Below, piece after piece: positions 18,791 through 27,923 of a DNA stretch of 39,402 nt. Both the position numbers and the translations under genes were made by a program. The stretch is from an uncultured Thermoproteaceae archaeon (GTDB taxonomy: Archaea > Thermoproteota > Thermoprotei > Thermoproteales > Thermocladiaceae). The number at the start of each line of letters is the position of its first letter. The stretch's first letter is position 1. The stretch covers positions 1 to 39,402 of the forward strand of contig CAYFHR010000001.1 in NCBI GenBank assembly GCA_964343155.1, read 5' to 3'. The notes beneath the pieces are model-generated. The model did no database searches and was not told where the DNA came from. It was given only the letters and a program-made list of their open reading frames with translations.

Positions 18791-20137
18791 ATGGGAGCTA
18801 AGGCTCTAGTTAAAGCAATACCGCCGCTTGTAGCCATAATACTCTTCACCCTCTACTTCATAGCAATACAGCCTCATTTAAACGGCTATGTAAGCGATGA
18901 AATATGGTATGTTTCAGGGGCTAGGAACTTCATAAATGAGGCTGGGTTAGGCAGATACCTGGTTAAATACGGTGTTAGCGTTAGCCCATATCCAGGATGC
19001 TCCATAAGCGGTGTTGAGCCTTCTAAAGTTTACAGCGACTATAACATAGCCTGGTACAGTAACGTGACCTATAGTGAGGTTGAGGATGTTTTAGCCAATA
19101 AATCCTGCATAGTTAGATTCGGCAACTATTACCCCGATAAGTCGGGGATCTTAACCTACCTCAACATAGAGCACCCGTACCTGGGTAAGTATTTCATAGC
19201 GTTATCAATGCTTACGCTCGGGGATTATCCGGAGGCTTGGCGGGTGCCAAGCCTAATACTATCGCTATTGATGATAGTCCTCGTGTATTTAGCTGCCCTT
19301 AGGATTAGTAGGGGCAGTATATGGTATGGTGCCTTAGCCCTAATACCGCTAATGTTTGATGCAACCTTTAGGGACATGGGCATTGTAGCTATGCTAGATG
19401 TTTATCTAGGGTTCTTCACAATACTCTCAGCATACCTATACCTTGAGGGTAGGTATATGTGGGCCATTATTGCAGGTGGATTATCCGTAGCCAGCAAGTA
19501 TCCTGGCGCCTTCACAGCCTTCTCGAACGCCTACGTTGAATCATATAGGAGGAGTGGTGCATGGGGCTTAGCAACCCTCATAATAGCGTTTATAGTCTTC
19601 ATAGTACTTCAAATACCTGTAATATATGTTGTAGGCGGTTTAACAGCATACGTATCTAACGTAATGTTTTACCTTAAGTGGTTCACGGAGCCTAGGCCCC
19701 CTGGACCTGTATCGTCTAACCCGCTTGATTGGCTTGTTGGCCTGGGAAGCTTCGTGAATAACGTTAGCCCGCCATTATATGCCATGGGGATGCCTGGCGC
19801 CTACCTAGTTGCGCTGGCGCTATCATTACTAATCCTCATACCGCAGACCAGATCTAGGCTATTTGAGGGCTTCTCCATAAACGAACTAGTACTGCCGGTC
19901 ATGGTTTTAACAATATGGTTTGGCTACTGGCTAGTCTACTTCCTGGGCAATACGACGTTATACAGCTACTATACGATGCAGATAGCCCCACTTGCACCCT
20001 TAATACTGGTCCTAGGCCTTCATAGGGCTAGGATTAGGGTTAAGCCCTGGGTCTTCTTAGCAATACTGGCTGGCATAGCCTATGGGATATCTGTCCAGTG
20101 GAGGCTAATCTATGGGTTAGCCACGTCAATAGCCTAA
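18791..20137 (+). CDS. GT-C fold membrane glycosyltransferase, protein O-mannosyltransferase (PMT/GT39)-like
   Basis: After TM1, YVSDEIWY (DE motif), EHPYLGKYFI, WRVPS, AMLDVY, SVASKY; many TM helices. Confidence 0.8.
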   Translation: MGAKALVKAIPPLVAIILFTLYFIAIQPHLNGYVSDEIWYVSGARNFINEAGLGRYLVKYGVSVSPYPGCSISGVEPSKVYSDYNIAWYSNVTYSEVEDVLANKSCIVRFGNYYPDKSGILTYLNIEHPYLGKYFIALSMLTLGDYPEAWRVPSLILSLLMIVLVYLAALRISRGSIWYGALALIPLMFDATFRDMGIVAMLDVYLGFFTILSAYLYLEGRYMWAIIAGGLSVASKYPGAFTAFSNAYVESYRRSGAWGLATLIIAFIVFIVLQIPVIYVVGGLTAYVSNVMFYLKWFTEPRPPGPVSSNPLDWLVGLGSFVNNVSPPLYAMGMPGAYLVALALSLLILIPQTRSRLFEGFSINELVLPVMVLTIWFGYWLVYFLGNTTLYSYYTMQIAPLAPLILVLGLHRARIRVKPWVFLAILAGIAYGISVQWRLIYGLATSIA

Positions 20138-21310
20138 TCACCACCTAACCCTAGACCTCTCTTCAACAACCTGTTCATAGAGTTTAACAGTCCTCAACGC
20201 AATCTTATCCCATGTATATGAATTAGCCACAGTCTCCCTAGCCTTATCGCCAAGCCTCCTAGCCATCCCCCTGTCGTTTAGGAGCATTAATATGTATGAG
20301 GCGACCTCGCTCGGGTTATCTGGATTGGCCTGTATGCCGTTTTCAAAATGCTTAACAAAGTCGACGGGCCCACCCCTATTCGTCGTTACTACAGGCTTAC
20401 CCAACGCCATGGCTTCAAGGATGCTTATCCCAAATGGCTCATACCTACTGGGGAGTACGACCACGTCTGAGTGGTATATTATGCTGTAGAGTTCTTCATC
20501 ATTAACCCTGCCCGTGAAGTAAACCTTCTGGCCTAAGTCAAGCTCCCTAGACAACGACACTAAGTACTCCCTCATGGGTCCATCACCAACGATAAGTAGT
20601 TTAACATCACCCCTACTCCTCAAAACCTCCCTAAACGCCCTAAGTACTGTATCAGGCCCCTTCTCGTAGACTAACCTACCGTAAAACACAATCATTGATT
20701 CCCAGGGGGCCGCATACTTATCCCTGGGGTATTTTTCACTGGGCTTGAACGATAGCAGCGATTTATCTACGCCATTAGGTATTAGGACCATTTTATCCCA
20801 CGGCACGCCTAATACATTATGGACCTCGTTCATCATGTAGCTGCTGCACACAATAACCCTCCAGGCCTCGTAGGTCAACTTCCACTCCCACTCATGTATG
20901 TGCATGGATTCGACAGAATGTATACCACCCCTCCTGCCGTATTCCGTGGCATGTACCGTGGCTATTAGGGGTGTTTTGAACCTGTGTTTAAGCACTATAC
21001 CTGCGGGCGCCGTTAACCAGTCGTGCACATGTATTATATCAAACCCCTTATCGACGTGGCTGAGCTCCATTGCTATGAATAGGTTGAATGAATGGACCCA
21101 TGAGGTGAAGTCAGGTACCCTGACCCTAAACGCATCTACTAAATGTATGTTTACGCCATTTTGCGTTAAGTGGCCATCCTCATAACCTATTGTTGCTACG
21201 TCCACTGTTAAGCCCAGTTTAGCCAACTCCTGGGTGAGGTAGTATACGTGCCTACCTAGGCCTCCCACAATGTAGGGTGGGTATTCCCAGGATAGGTGTA
21301 GTGCCCTCAT
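20138..21310 (-). CDS. GT4 (GT-B fold) glycosyltransferase
   Basis: SWEYPPYIVGGLGRHV, IHVHDW, IPNGVD, GRLVYEKG, PSRYEPFGISILEAMA. Confidence 0.93.
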   Translation of the reverse strand: MRALHLSWEYPPYIVGGLGRHVYYLTQELAKLGLTVDVATIGYEDGHLTQNGVNIHLVDAFRVRVPDFTSWVHSFNLFIAMELSHVDKGFDIIHVHDWLTAPAGIVLKHRFKTPLIATVHATEYGRRGGIHSVESMHIHEWEWKLTYEAWRVIVCSSYMMNEVHNVLGVPWDKMVLIPNGVDKSLLSFKPSEKYPRDKYAAPWESMIVFYGRLVYEKGPDTVLRAFREVLRSRGDVKLLIVGDGPMREYLVSLSRELDLGQKVYFTGRVNDEELYSIIYHSDVVVLPSRYEPFGISILEAMALGKPVVTTNRGGPVDFVKHFENGIQANPDNPSEVASYILMLLNDRGMARRLGDKARETVANSYTWDKIALRTVKLYEQVVEERSRVRW

Positions 21311-21882
21311 TTCAAAATCGCCTCAACAACATCCCTTAAACTGTAGGCTAGCTCAGCATTTAAACCATACCTGCTGATGAGGGACTTATAGGCCTGTTCA
21401 CTGGTTGTGAATATGCGCCTGCACTGGTTGAAAACCCACCCCTCTATACTTGATATAGATGAGCTCAAGATGTTCCCCAACGGGTCACCCCTCTCAAATT
21501 CCGTCGATAGGACTATGCAGTCTAAGCTGCTACCCATGCAGCATGGCTGGGAGGCCCTCGCCAAAGACCCCATTAAACAACCACCCCATTCGAAGCATAG
21601 GACCTTGTCAAAGTATCCATCGGTAATGTATCTTAATGCCGATGCAACCTCATGGGCAATGCTTAAGCCGTATGAGACTACGTTAGGGTAGTCCTTCACC
21701 GATAGCGTCAACTTACGCGGCGATGCATCGGAGGGGATACTGCCAAACCCCTCAGGCGTAACTAGAAGCGCCTCAACACCCCTTGAGGATAATGCCGAAT
21801 GTATGGAAAGTATTGCATATCTTAAATCGGTCAACACAGCTCCAACGCCTGGATACTCCCAGGCAAAGCTTATTACACGCAT
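21307..21882 (-). CDS. Stand-alone, divergent GT4 N-terminal-domain protein
   Basis: Collinear with the N-half of the downstream GT4: MRVISFAWEYP vs MRALHLSWEYP, FDKVLCFEW vs FDIIHVHDW, VLSTEFERG vs VHATEYGRRG; ATGA overlap. Confidence 0.7.
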   Translation of the reverse strand: MRVISFAWEYPGVGAVLTDLRYAILSIHSALSSRGVEALLVTPEGFGSIPSDASPRKLTLSVKDYPNVVSYGLSIAHEVASALRYITDGYFDKVLCFEWGGCLMGSLARASQPCCMGSSLDCIVLSTEFERGDPLGNILSSSISSIEGWVFNQCRRIFTTSEQAYKSLISRYGLNAELAYSLRDVVEAILK

Positions 21883-21917
21883 TTAAGGGCATTAAACTTA
21901 AAGCCTTTTAAACTAAA

Positions 21918-22370
21918 CTACTCGATGGCAACCTCTGTAGTGTTGTAACCGGGCATTTTACTTAACGTGACTTGAAGTATCCCATCTTTATAAACAGCCT
22001 TAACGTCATCAAGCCTTAGGCTGAATGGGAATTCAATCCTCCTATAAACCTTGAAGTTACTTATCCTCTCCAATGCAGTCGGCTTGCCTGTAGCGACATA
22101 TGGTGTTGGGTCTGCTTGAACCTCAAGGAAGTTTAAACCAACCCTAAGCCTTATCGACTCCTTCTTAACGCCGGGCAAATCTATGAGTATTGTTAGGCGC
22201 CCACCATCATCGTAAATATCCACTAGAGGCTCCCTAGTGATTCCACTAAGGCCTGCTAGGGCGGCATTGCTTATGAGCCTCTTAACGGCAGCCTCAAGGG
22301 CACCAATATCCTTACCAATGTTGGGTTCAATGGATTTAGGGGCCTCCTCCTTAACTATCTGAACCTCCAT
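21918..22370 (-). CDS. Small heat-shock protein (Hsp20/alpha-crystallin)
   Basis: EPLVDIYD, IDLPGVKKESI, RRIEFP, VKAVYKDGILQVTLSK. Confidence 0.92.
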   Translation of the reverse strand: MEVQIVKEEAPKSIEPNIGKDIGALEAAVKRLISNAALAGLSGITREPLVDIYDDGGRLTILIDLPGVKKESIRLRVGLNFLEVQADPTPYVATGKPTALERISNFKVYRRIEFPFSLRLDDVKAVYKDGILQVTLSKMPGYNTTEVAIE

Positions 22371-22629
22371 AGGTTAGATATTTATGAGATTTAATATCCT
22401 GATCGGACAAAATACCGTTGAGGTGTAGGCCAGATATTTAGGCTGCGTTAAATGATACATTGCCGCAATAGCCGTCTAAATTTCCTGGGTATTAGGCCTT
22501 GGAGGTTGGGTATTTTCAGTACATTTATTTAGCCTAACTGTCAACAATATATGCATAGTTAGGTAACTGATTTTAGCCTATTAAGCATAAAGTATTTATA
22601 GGGGATTAGAGTATATTCACTGATCTATA

Positions 22630-23676
22630 GTGTCAATTGAGGCTGAAACCAGGAGGATCCAGTTGACGGGAGGGTCAACGTTAATAGTGTCGCTGCCTAA
22701 GGAGTGGGCTAGGCAGCTCAACCTGCAGCCGGGCGACGAGGTTGTCCTAATACCTCAAAGGGACCTATCACTACTGCTCATCCCCAGGAAGGCTGCTAAG
22801 CCAACGGTCCTTGAAGCCAACATAGATGTTAAGGGTGACTTGGCTCAAAGCGATAGGTTAATCAGAGTTACATTGGGTTATTACCTGGCTGGCTACGACA
22901 TATTTAAACTAACGTTTGAACAGGGGGCAATAGCGCTTAAGAAGGATATTAAAGATGTGGCCCGCAGGAAATTGACGGGCGTCGAGATAGTTGATGAGGG
23001 TAGGAATAGCTTAGTCCTACAGAATTTAATAAACATTCCAGGCGACATAAATGTGAACGACATATTGCTTAAAATAATCAGGGTTATTGAAAGCATGCTT
23101 GATGATACCAAGGTTGCTATAAATACCGTTGATAAAAATATTTTAAACGACATAGTTGAGAGGGATAATGAGGTTGATAGATTCTACTGGCTTCTAAACA
23201 GGGTCCTGAAGAAGCTAGCCTCAAGCACGTATTACGTCGTTTCATCAGGTATAAAGGATCCGAGGACAATACTGGACTACGCACTCATAAACAAGTCCCT
23301 TGAAAGGCTGTCAGACCACATAGTTGAGATAGCGAATGAGCTCCTTAAGGTCGGTGAAGTCTTCATAATGGCCATACCCAAGGAGCATAGGGATAGGTTA
23401 GTAAGCCTAATAGATGGGGTGGGGGAGTTCATAGACTCCATGTCTAAGCTATTCCCCGTACAAACCCTAGCAATACAAGATATGAATGACCTTGTTGATA
23501 ATGCTAGGCTTAAGGCTAGGGAGGCTAGGGGGCTTCAGGGCTCCCTTAGAAGCATGGAGATTGACCCAGCTGTAATGTCGGCCTACGACTCGATACTGTA
23601 CAGCATTTCAAGAATGTACGAGTACGTGTCTGACATTGGGGAAGCCTTAATAAACATAGCTATTGAGACTGCTTAA
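22630..23676 (+). CDS. AbrB-PhoU phosphate-uptake-type regulator
   Basis: N-terminal AbrB domain RRIQLTGGSTLIVSLPKEWA, YLAGYD, PhoU repeat ERDNEVDRFY...LERLSDH. Confidence 0.9.
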   Translation: MSIEAETRRIQLTGGSTLIVSLPKEWARQLNLQPGDEVVLIPQRDLSLLLIPRKAAKPTVLEANIDVKGDLAQSDRLIRVTLGYYLAGYDIFKLTFEQGAIALKKDIKDVARRKLTGVEIVDEGRNSLVLQNLINIPGDINVNDILLKIIRVIESMLDDTKVAINTVDKNILNDIVERDNEVDRFYWLLNRVLKKLASSTYYVVSSGIKDPRTILDYALINKSLERLSDHIVEIANELLKVGEVFIMAIPKEHRDRLVSLIDGVGEFIDSMSKLFPVQTLAIQDMNDLVDNARLKAREARGLQGSLRSMEIDPAVMSAYDSILYSISRMYEYVSDIGEALINIAIETA

Positions 23677-24235
23677 ATGGGCTAAGTATTATTGTTGAAA
23701 CGTCTTCAAAGAAGAAGTGGCTATTCTTAATGGTTGAAATCAAGTAACTACCCTTAACCAACTCGGCGACATCGTCCACATCACCCCAAAGCAGGGTTAG
23801 GACGATTGTTGACCTAAACCTGGAGGCGTCATTGATGAAGCTTACCAGCACGTCGCCACGGCAGTTCCTGCAGATTGCAAGGTATGCAGGGTCTCCTGTT
23901 GAACATTCCTGAGGGGTGCAGTGGAGGTATGGTGTATTGAATATTATTAGGGATGGTTTAAAGTCCCTGAAGCAGCTCAGCAGGCTACAGCATACTAAAT
24001 CTAGGTCTACATTAGCACGCCCCCTTATGTACCTTAAGGCTGCGCAGCTTATGTCCGTGGCTATGAAGTTGAAGCCCCTGTTTAATGCAGTTTTAGCCAG
24101 GTTCAATATTACGTAGCCTGACCCAGCCCCAACCTCAATCACAGTGCCTGGGTTAACCCCCCTAATGGCTAATAGTGCAATGTCTAATGTTTGATAGGTG
24201 TCCTCGAGGGGTGGGTATATGTAACCCTCATCCAT
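23660..24235 (-). CDS. HemK/PrmC-like SAM-dependent methyltransferase
   Basis: IYPPLEDT, IEVGAGSG, ATDIS, IIFNTPY (NPPY variant), HFFFE; 1-nt overlap with the rpoB stop. Confidence 0.85.
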   Translation of the reverse strand: MDEGYIYPPLEDTYQTLDIALLAIRGVNPGTVIEVGAGSGYVILNLAKTALNRGFNFIATDISCAALRYIRGRANVDLDLVCCSLLSCFRDFKPSLIIFNTPYLHCTPQECSTGDPAYLAICRNCRGDVLVSFINDASRFRSTIVLTLLWGDVDDVAELVKGSYLISTIKNSHFFFEDVSTIILSPFKQSQ

Positions 24236-27200
24236 TAGTGGCCTACGGGCTCAGACAGCTTAATCCTCGGGTATATGCCTAGGCTTATCAACTCCTGGAG
24301 TAGGAGCTTGAAGGCGTATGGCACTATAACCTTAGCTATCCTACCCTTATCGCCGTGTACTGGGCATATAGGCCTCTTCTTATACTCATCCCACCAGGCT
24401 ATCATTCCGCAGTCCTCGCAGACGTACATGACGTACTTGTCGCTGGACTCAACCATCCTCTCGTAGAGGAGCGCGGCCGCGCCGTGGGCTATCAATACGT
24501 CCCTCTCCATTTCACCAAGCCTTAAACCACCCTCCCTAGACCTACCTTCAGTGGGCTGCCTAGTCAGTATCTGCATGGGCCCCGTGGCCCTTGCATGTAT
24601 CTTATCGGCAACCATGTGGTGGAGCTTCTGGTAATACACTACGCCTATGTATATGTCTGCGTCAAGCTTATGGCCAGTCATCCCGCTGTACATGGTTTCC
24701 CTACCACTCCACCTATACCCAGCCTTAAGCAGTAGCTGCCTCAGGGCCTTCTCATCAACCCCCTCGAAGGGTGTGGCATCTATTAATACGCCGTTTAGGG
24801 CCGCTGCCTTGCCGGCCATCGACTCCAGGAGCTGCCCTATAGTCATCCTGCTCGGTATTGCGTGTGGATTAATTATAACGTCTGGCGTTATCCCATCTTC
24901 GGTGAACGGCATGTCCTCCATGGGGACTATCATTCCTACCACACCCTTCTGCCCATGCCTTGATGCGAATTTATCGCCAAGTTCAGGTATTCTAAGCTCC
25001 CTAACCTTAACCTTAATTAACCTATAGCCCTCACTACTCTCGGTTATCACAACATTATCTACAACACCCCTCTCACCCCTCCTAACAGTCACCGAACTAT
25101 CCCTCCACTCGCCGGTCAGCTGCGTTTCAACCAATGCGCCGTAGAACCTCGGCGGGCTTATCTTACCTATCAAAACCTCCCTACTGGATACGAAGACCTC
25201 TGGAGGCACTATACCATCCTCATCCAGGTGCCCGTAGGCCTCAGCGCCCCTGTATCCCCTCACTGTTGGTGGGGGTACTGTCACCTTGTCGCTCTCGCCC
25301 ATGGAGTACCTTATGGCCTCAGTCTCATAGGTCCTGTAGAATATGCTCCTATACATGCCCCTTTCAATAGCCGCCTTATTCATCATCACTGCGTCCTCCA
25401 TACTGTAGCCGAGGAACGATATTACCGCTACGACTGCGTTTTGGCCGGCTGGCCTTGAACTGTAGCCTATCAGCTCAAGGCCCTTCGTAGTCACCAGAGG
25501 CCTCTCTGGGTATAGCAGTAGGTGGCCCCTACTATCCATCCTATACCTATAGTTTGCGTATGGGAATCCGAGCGACTGCTTAGCCATGGCCGCCTCATAT
25601 ATGTTTCTGGGTGATTGATTGTGCTCCGAGTAGGGTATTATGTGTGCAACTGCGCCGAGCATTACGCTGGGTATTACCTCCATGTGGGTGTATTTGCTTA
25701 AATCAACCCCCTCCTCGCCGAGCGTTATGAGGGCGTTCTCCTCCTCATCGGCATCAAGGTACTCAACTATGCCGTTCTTAACCAGGTCGTTCCAAGTCCA
25801 CTCACCCCTCTTAACCTTCTCGACAATATCCTTAGTTAGCAGGAGCTTCCCATCCTTAATCACCAGGAGGGGCCTCCTTAACCTACCCCTATCGCAATTA
25901 ACCCTAACCTCATTGAACTTCTCAATGTATGCAACATTTATCTCGGGGCTTATCTCACCCCTCCTCCTAGCCTCCCTAATCCTGGCCACTAACTCCTGTG
26001 GATTGGTGGCTATTCCAACGAGCCTACCATTCAACATGACCTTAGCCCCCTTGATGCCCTTCCTCCTAGCCTCAAGGACGTCAATGACCCCCATGTCCCT
26101 TAACATAGACTCCACGGACTCCTCATCGACCCCTATCGTGACTGCTGCTAATAATGCCAGGTTCTTGACTAGCCCACAGTTCTGGCCCTCGGGGGTCTCT
26201 ATTGCACACAACCTACCCCACTGGGTTGGGTGTAGGTCCCTGGCCTCGAAGTGTGGCTGGGTCCTGCTTAGTGATGAAACAACCCTCCTGAGGTGGCTTA
26301 TTGTGGATAGGTAGTTTGTCCTATCAAGCATCTGGGTAACCCCAGTCTTTCCGCCGACCCAATTGCCTGTCGATAGGGCGTGCCTAAGCCTCTCGGTAAT
26401 TATGTTAACCTTAACTATCGTCTTCAAGTCAGGTATCTTACCCCTCCTCGAGTAGCTCTTCTCAAGTTCATTCCTCAGATCCTGGACGAATTGGGCGAAG
26501 ACCGACCTGAATAATTGGGCCATTAGGTCGCCGACGAGCCTAATCCTCTTATTCGCCATGTGGTCCTTATCGTCCGGCGGCCTCAGGCCCTTGGCCAACT
26601 CAATAACGCCTTCAACTGCCTGCCCCAGTTCAATGGCCTTAGCTAGCCTAACCTTCTCATCCGGCTTAGTCCCCAGGTGTGGGAGTAGGTATTTGTCTAG
26701 GAATTCTATAGCCCTCTGTATCCTAACCTCCCTCGGATGGCCGAGTACAAGCCTCCTACCTATATAGTCCCTAGCCTCCTCTACCGTCGGCGCTATTTGG
26801 TTAGCCTCCTCGAACGATGCCGCTAATTCGTTTAAAATCTCCTCATTATCGCTAACAGCCAATGCAATGTCCTCATCCCTCTCAAGGCCGAGGGCCCTCA
26901 TGACCACTGGGAAGGGCATCTTGGTTGGTATCTTAGGTAGCTGAACATAGACCACGCCATTCTTATGGTACTCTATGGTCAATGTAGTCCTGTACCCAGG
27001 CCCCATTGAAATTATCTTAGCCCTAGGTATCTTAGTCGACCCCCTCTCATCGAAGTCGTATATGGGTTTGTTTAAGGCTAGGTCCTCCTGGGATACGACA
27101 ACCCTCTCACTGCCATTTATTATGAAGTATCCGCCTGGGTCGTTTGGATCCTCAAGCTTCTTAACTAACTGCTGCGGCTTTAGGCCATATAGGTTGCAGT

Positions 27201-27639
27201 ACTTTGACCTAACCATGATTGGCAGATCGCCTAGGTTAATGGTCTCAACATACTCCTCACCCCCTATTATCAACTGGACCTTAACCCTCATTGGGGCTGC
27301 GTAGGTTAAGTTCCTTAACCTGGCCTCCATCGGGTATATTATGTTTTCAACCCCTGTAGGTTCCTTAAACCTCGGCTTACCAACCTCAATACCAAGGAAC
27401 CTGACCTTGACGTCGCCTAGATCTATGTCGAACTCCTTTATTATGTCCTTAAGCATCCTGTCTACGAAGTCGTTGAAGGACTCTATCTGATGCCTAACCA
27501 GCCCATAATCCCTTATGAAGGCTTCAACCAGGGCCCACCTATCGTCTAGGAGCATGTATCTGCCTCCATCACCCCTCCTAACTATTGGCAGTGGTAGGGG
27601 CTGCTTTACGTAATCAACCCTAATTCCTGAATCAGCCAC
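24235..27639 (-). CDS. rpoB: DNA-directed RNA polymerase subunit B (unsplit Rpo2)
   Basis: GGYFIINGSERV, ETPEGQNCGLVKN, GDKFASRHGQKG, QPTEGRSREGGLRLGEMERD, PYAFKLLLQEL; TATA at 27662-27668. Confidence 0.99.
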   Translation of the reverse strand: MADSGIRVDYVKQPLPLPIVRRGDGGRYMLLDDRWALVEAFIRDYGLVRHQIESFNDFVDRMLKDIIKEFDIDLGDVKVRFLGIEVGKPRFKEPTGVENIIYPMEARLRNLTYAAPMRVKVQLIIGGEEYVETINLGDLPIMVRSKYCNLYGLKPQQLVKKLEDPNDPGGYFIINGSERVVVSQEDLALNKPIYDFDERGSTKIPRAKIISMGPGYRTTLTIEYHKNGVVYVQLPKIPTKMPFPVVMRALGLERDEDIALAVSDNEEILNELAASFEEANQIAPTVEEARDYIGRRLVLGHPREVRIQRAIEFLDKYLLPHLGTKPDEKVRLAKAIELGQAVEGVIELAKGLRPPDDKDHMANKRIRLVGDLMAQLFRSVFAQFVQDLRNELEKSYSRRGKIPDLKTIVKVNIITERLRHALSTGNWVGGKTGVTQMLDRTNYLSTISHLRRVVSSLSRTQPHFEARDLHPTQWGRLCAIETPEGQNCGLVKNLALLAAVTIGVDEESVESMLRDMGVIDVLEARRKGIKGAKVMLNGRLVGIATNPQELVARIREARRRGEISPEINVAYIEKFNEVRVNCDRGRLRRPLLVIKDGKLLLTKDIVEKVKRGEWTWNDLVKNGIVEYLDADEEENALITLGEEGVDLSKYTHMEVIPSVMLGAVAHIIPYSEHNQSPRNIYEAAMAKQSLGFPYANYRYRMDSRGHLLLYPERPLVTTKGLELIGYSSRPAGQNAVVAVISFLGYSMEDAVMMNKAAIERGMYRSIFYRTYETEAIRYSMGESDKVTVPPPTVRGYRGAEAYGHLDEDGIVPPEVFVSSREVLIGKISPPRFYGALVETQLTGEWRDSSVTVRRGERGVVDNVVITESSEGYRLIKVKVRELRIPELGDKFASRHGQKGVVGMIVPMEDMPFTEDGITPDVIINPHAIPSRMTIGQLLESMAGKAAALNGVLIDATPFEGVDEKALRQLLLKAGYRWSGRETMYSGMTGHKLDADIYIGVVYYQKLHHMVADKIHARATGPMQILTRQPTEGRSREGGLRLGEMERDVLIAHGAAALLYERMVESSDKYVMYVCEDCGMIAWWDEYKKRPICPVHGDKGRIAKVIVPYAFKLLLQELISLGIYPRIKLSEPVGH

Positions 27640-27781
27640 AGCAAACAGCCTTAACTTTAGGTTTATAAGCTTTCATGGAGCCTAAACACTCATTAAGGCA
27701 GTTGGCTATGCAAACCTCGTAGACGGAGACCTCATGGTCATAGCAGGCGTCTATACATGACCTGAGGCACGACTCATTCAT
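27632..27781 (-). CDS. Unannotated 49-aa cysteine-rich protein (twin Cx3Cx3C)
   Basis: Manual translation MNESCLRSCIDACYDHEVSVYEVCIANCLNECLGSMKAYKPKVKAVCCG*; minus-strand TTTAAATAA at 27808-27816; stop overlaps the rpoB GTG. Confidence 0.65.
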   Translation of the reverse strand: MNESCLRSCIDACYDHEVSVYEVCIANCLNECLGSMKAYKPKVKAVCCG

Positions 27782-27923
27782 CGTTGACCATTAACTGCTG
27801 GTTAAGGTTATTTAAATGCATTTCTCCCGTAAATTCGCGAAATACGCAAACCCTACTTAGATGGATTTCAATGCCTATGGCCTAAGGCTTTTATAAGGCC
27901 TAATGCGTTTAAAGCCCAGCTCA

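Noticed and set aside
22384-22556. Short ORFs (14-28 aa) in the hsp20/PhoU spacer
   Set aside because: No motif, non-host-like codons, no well-placed TATA
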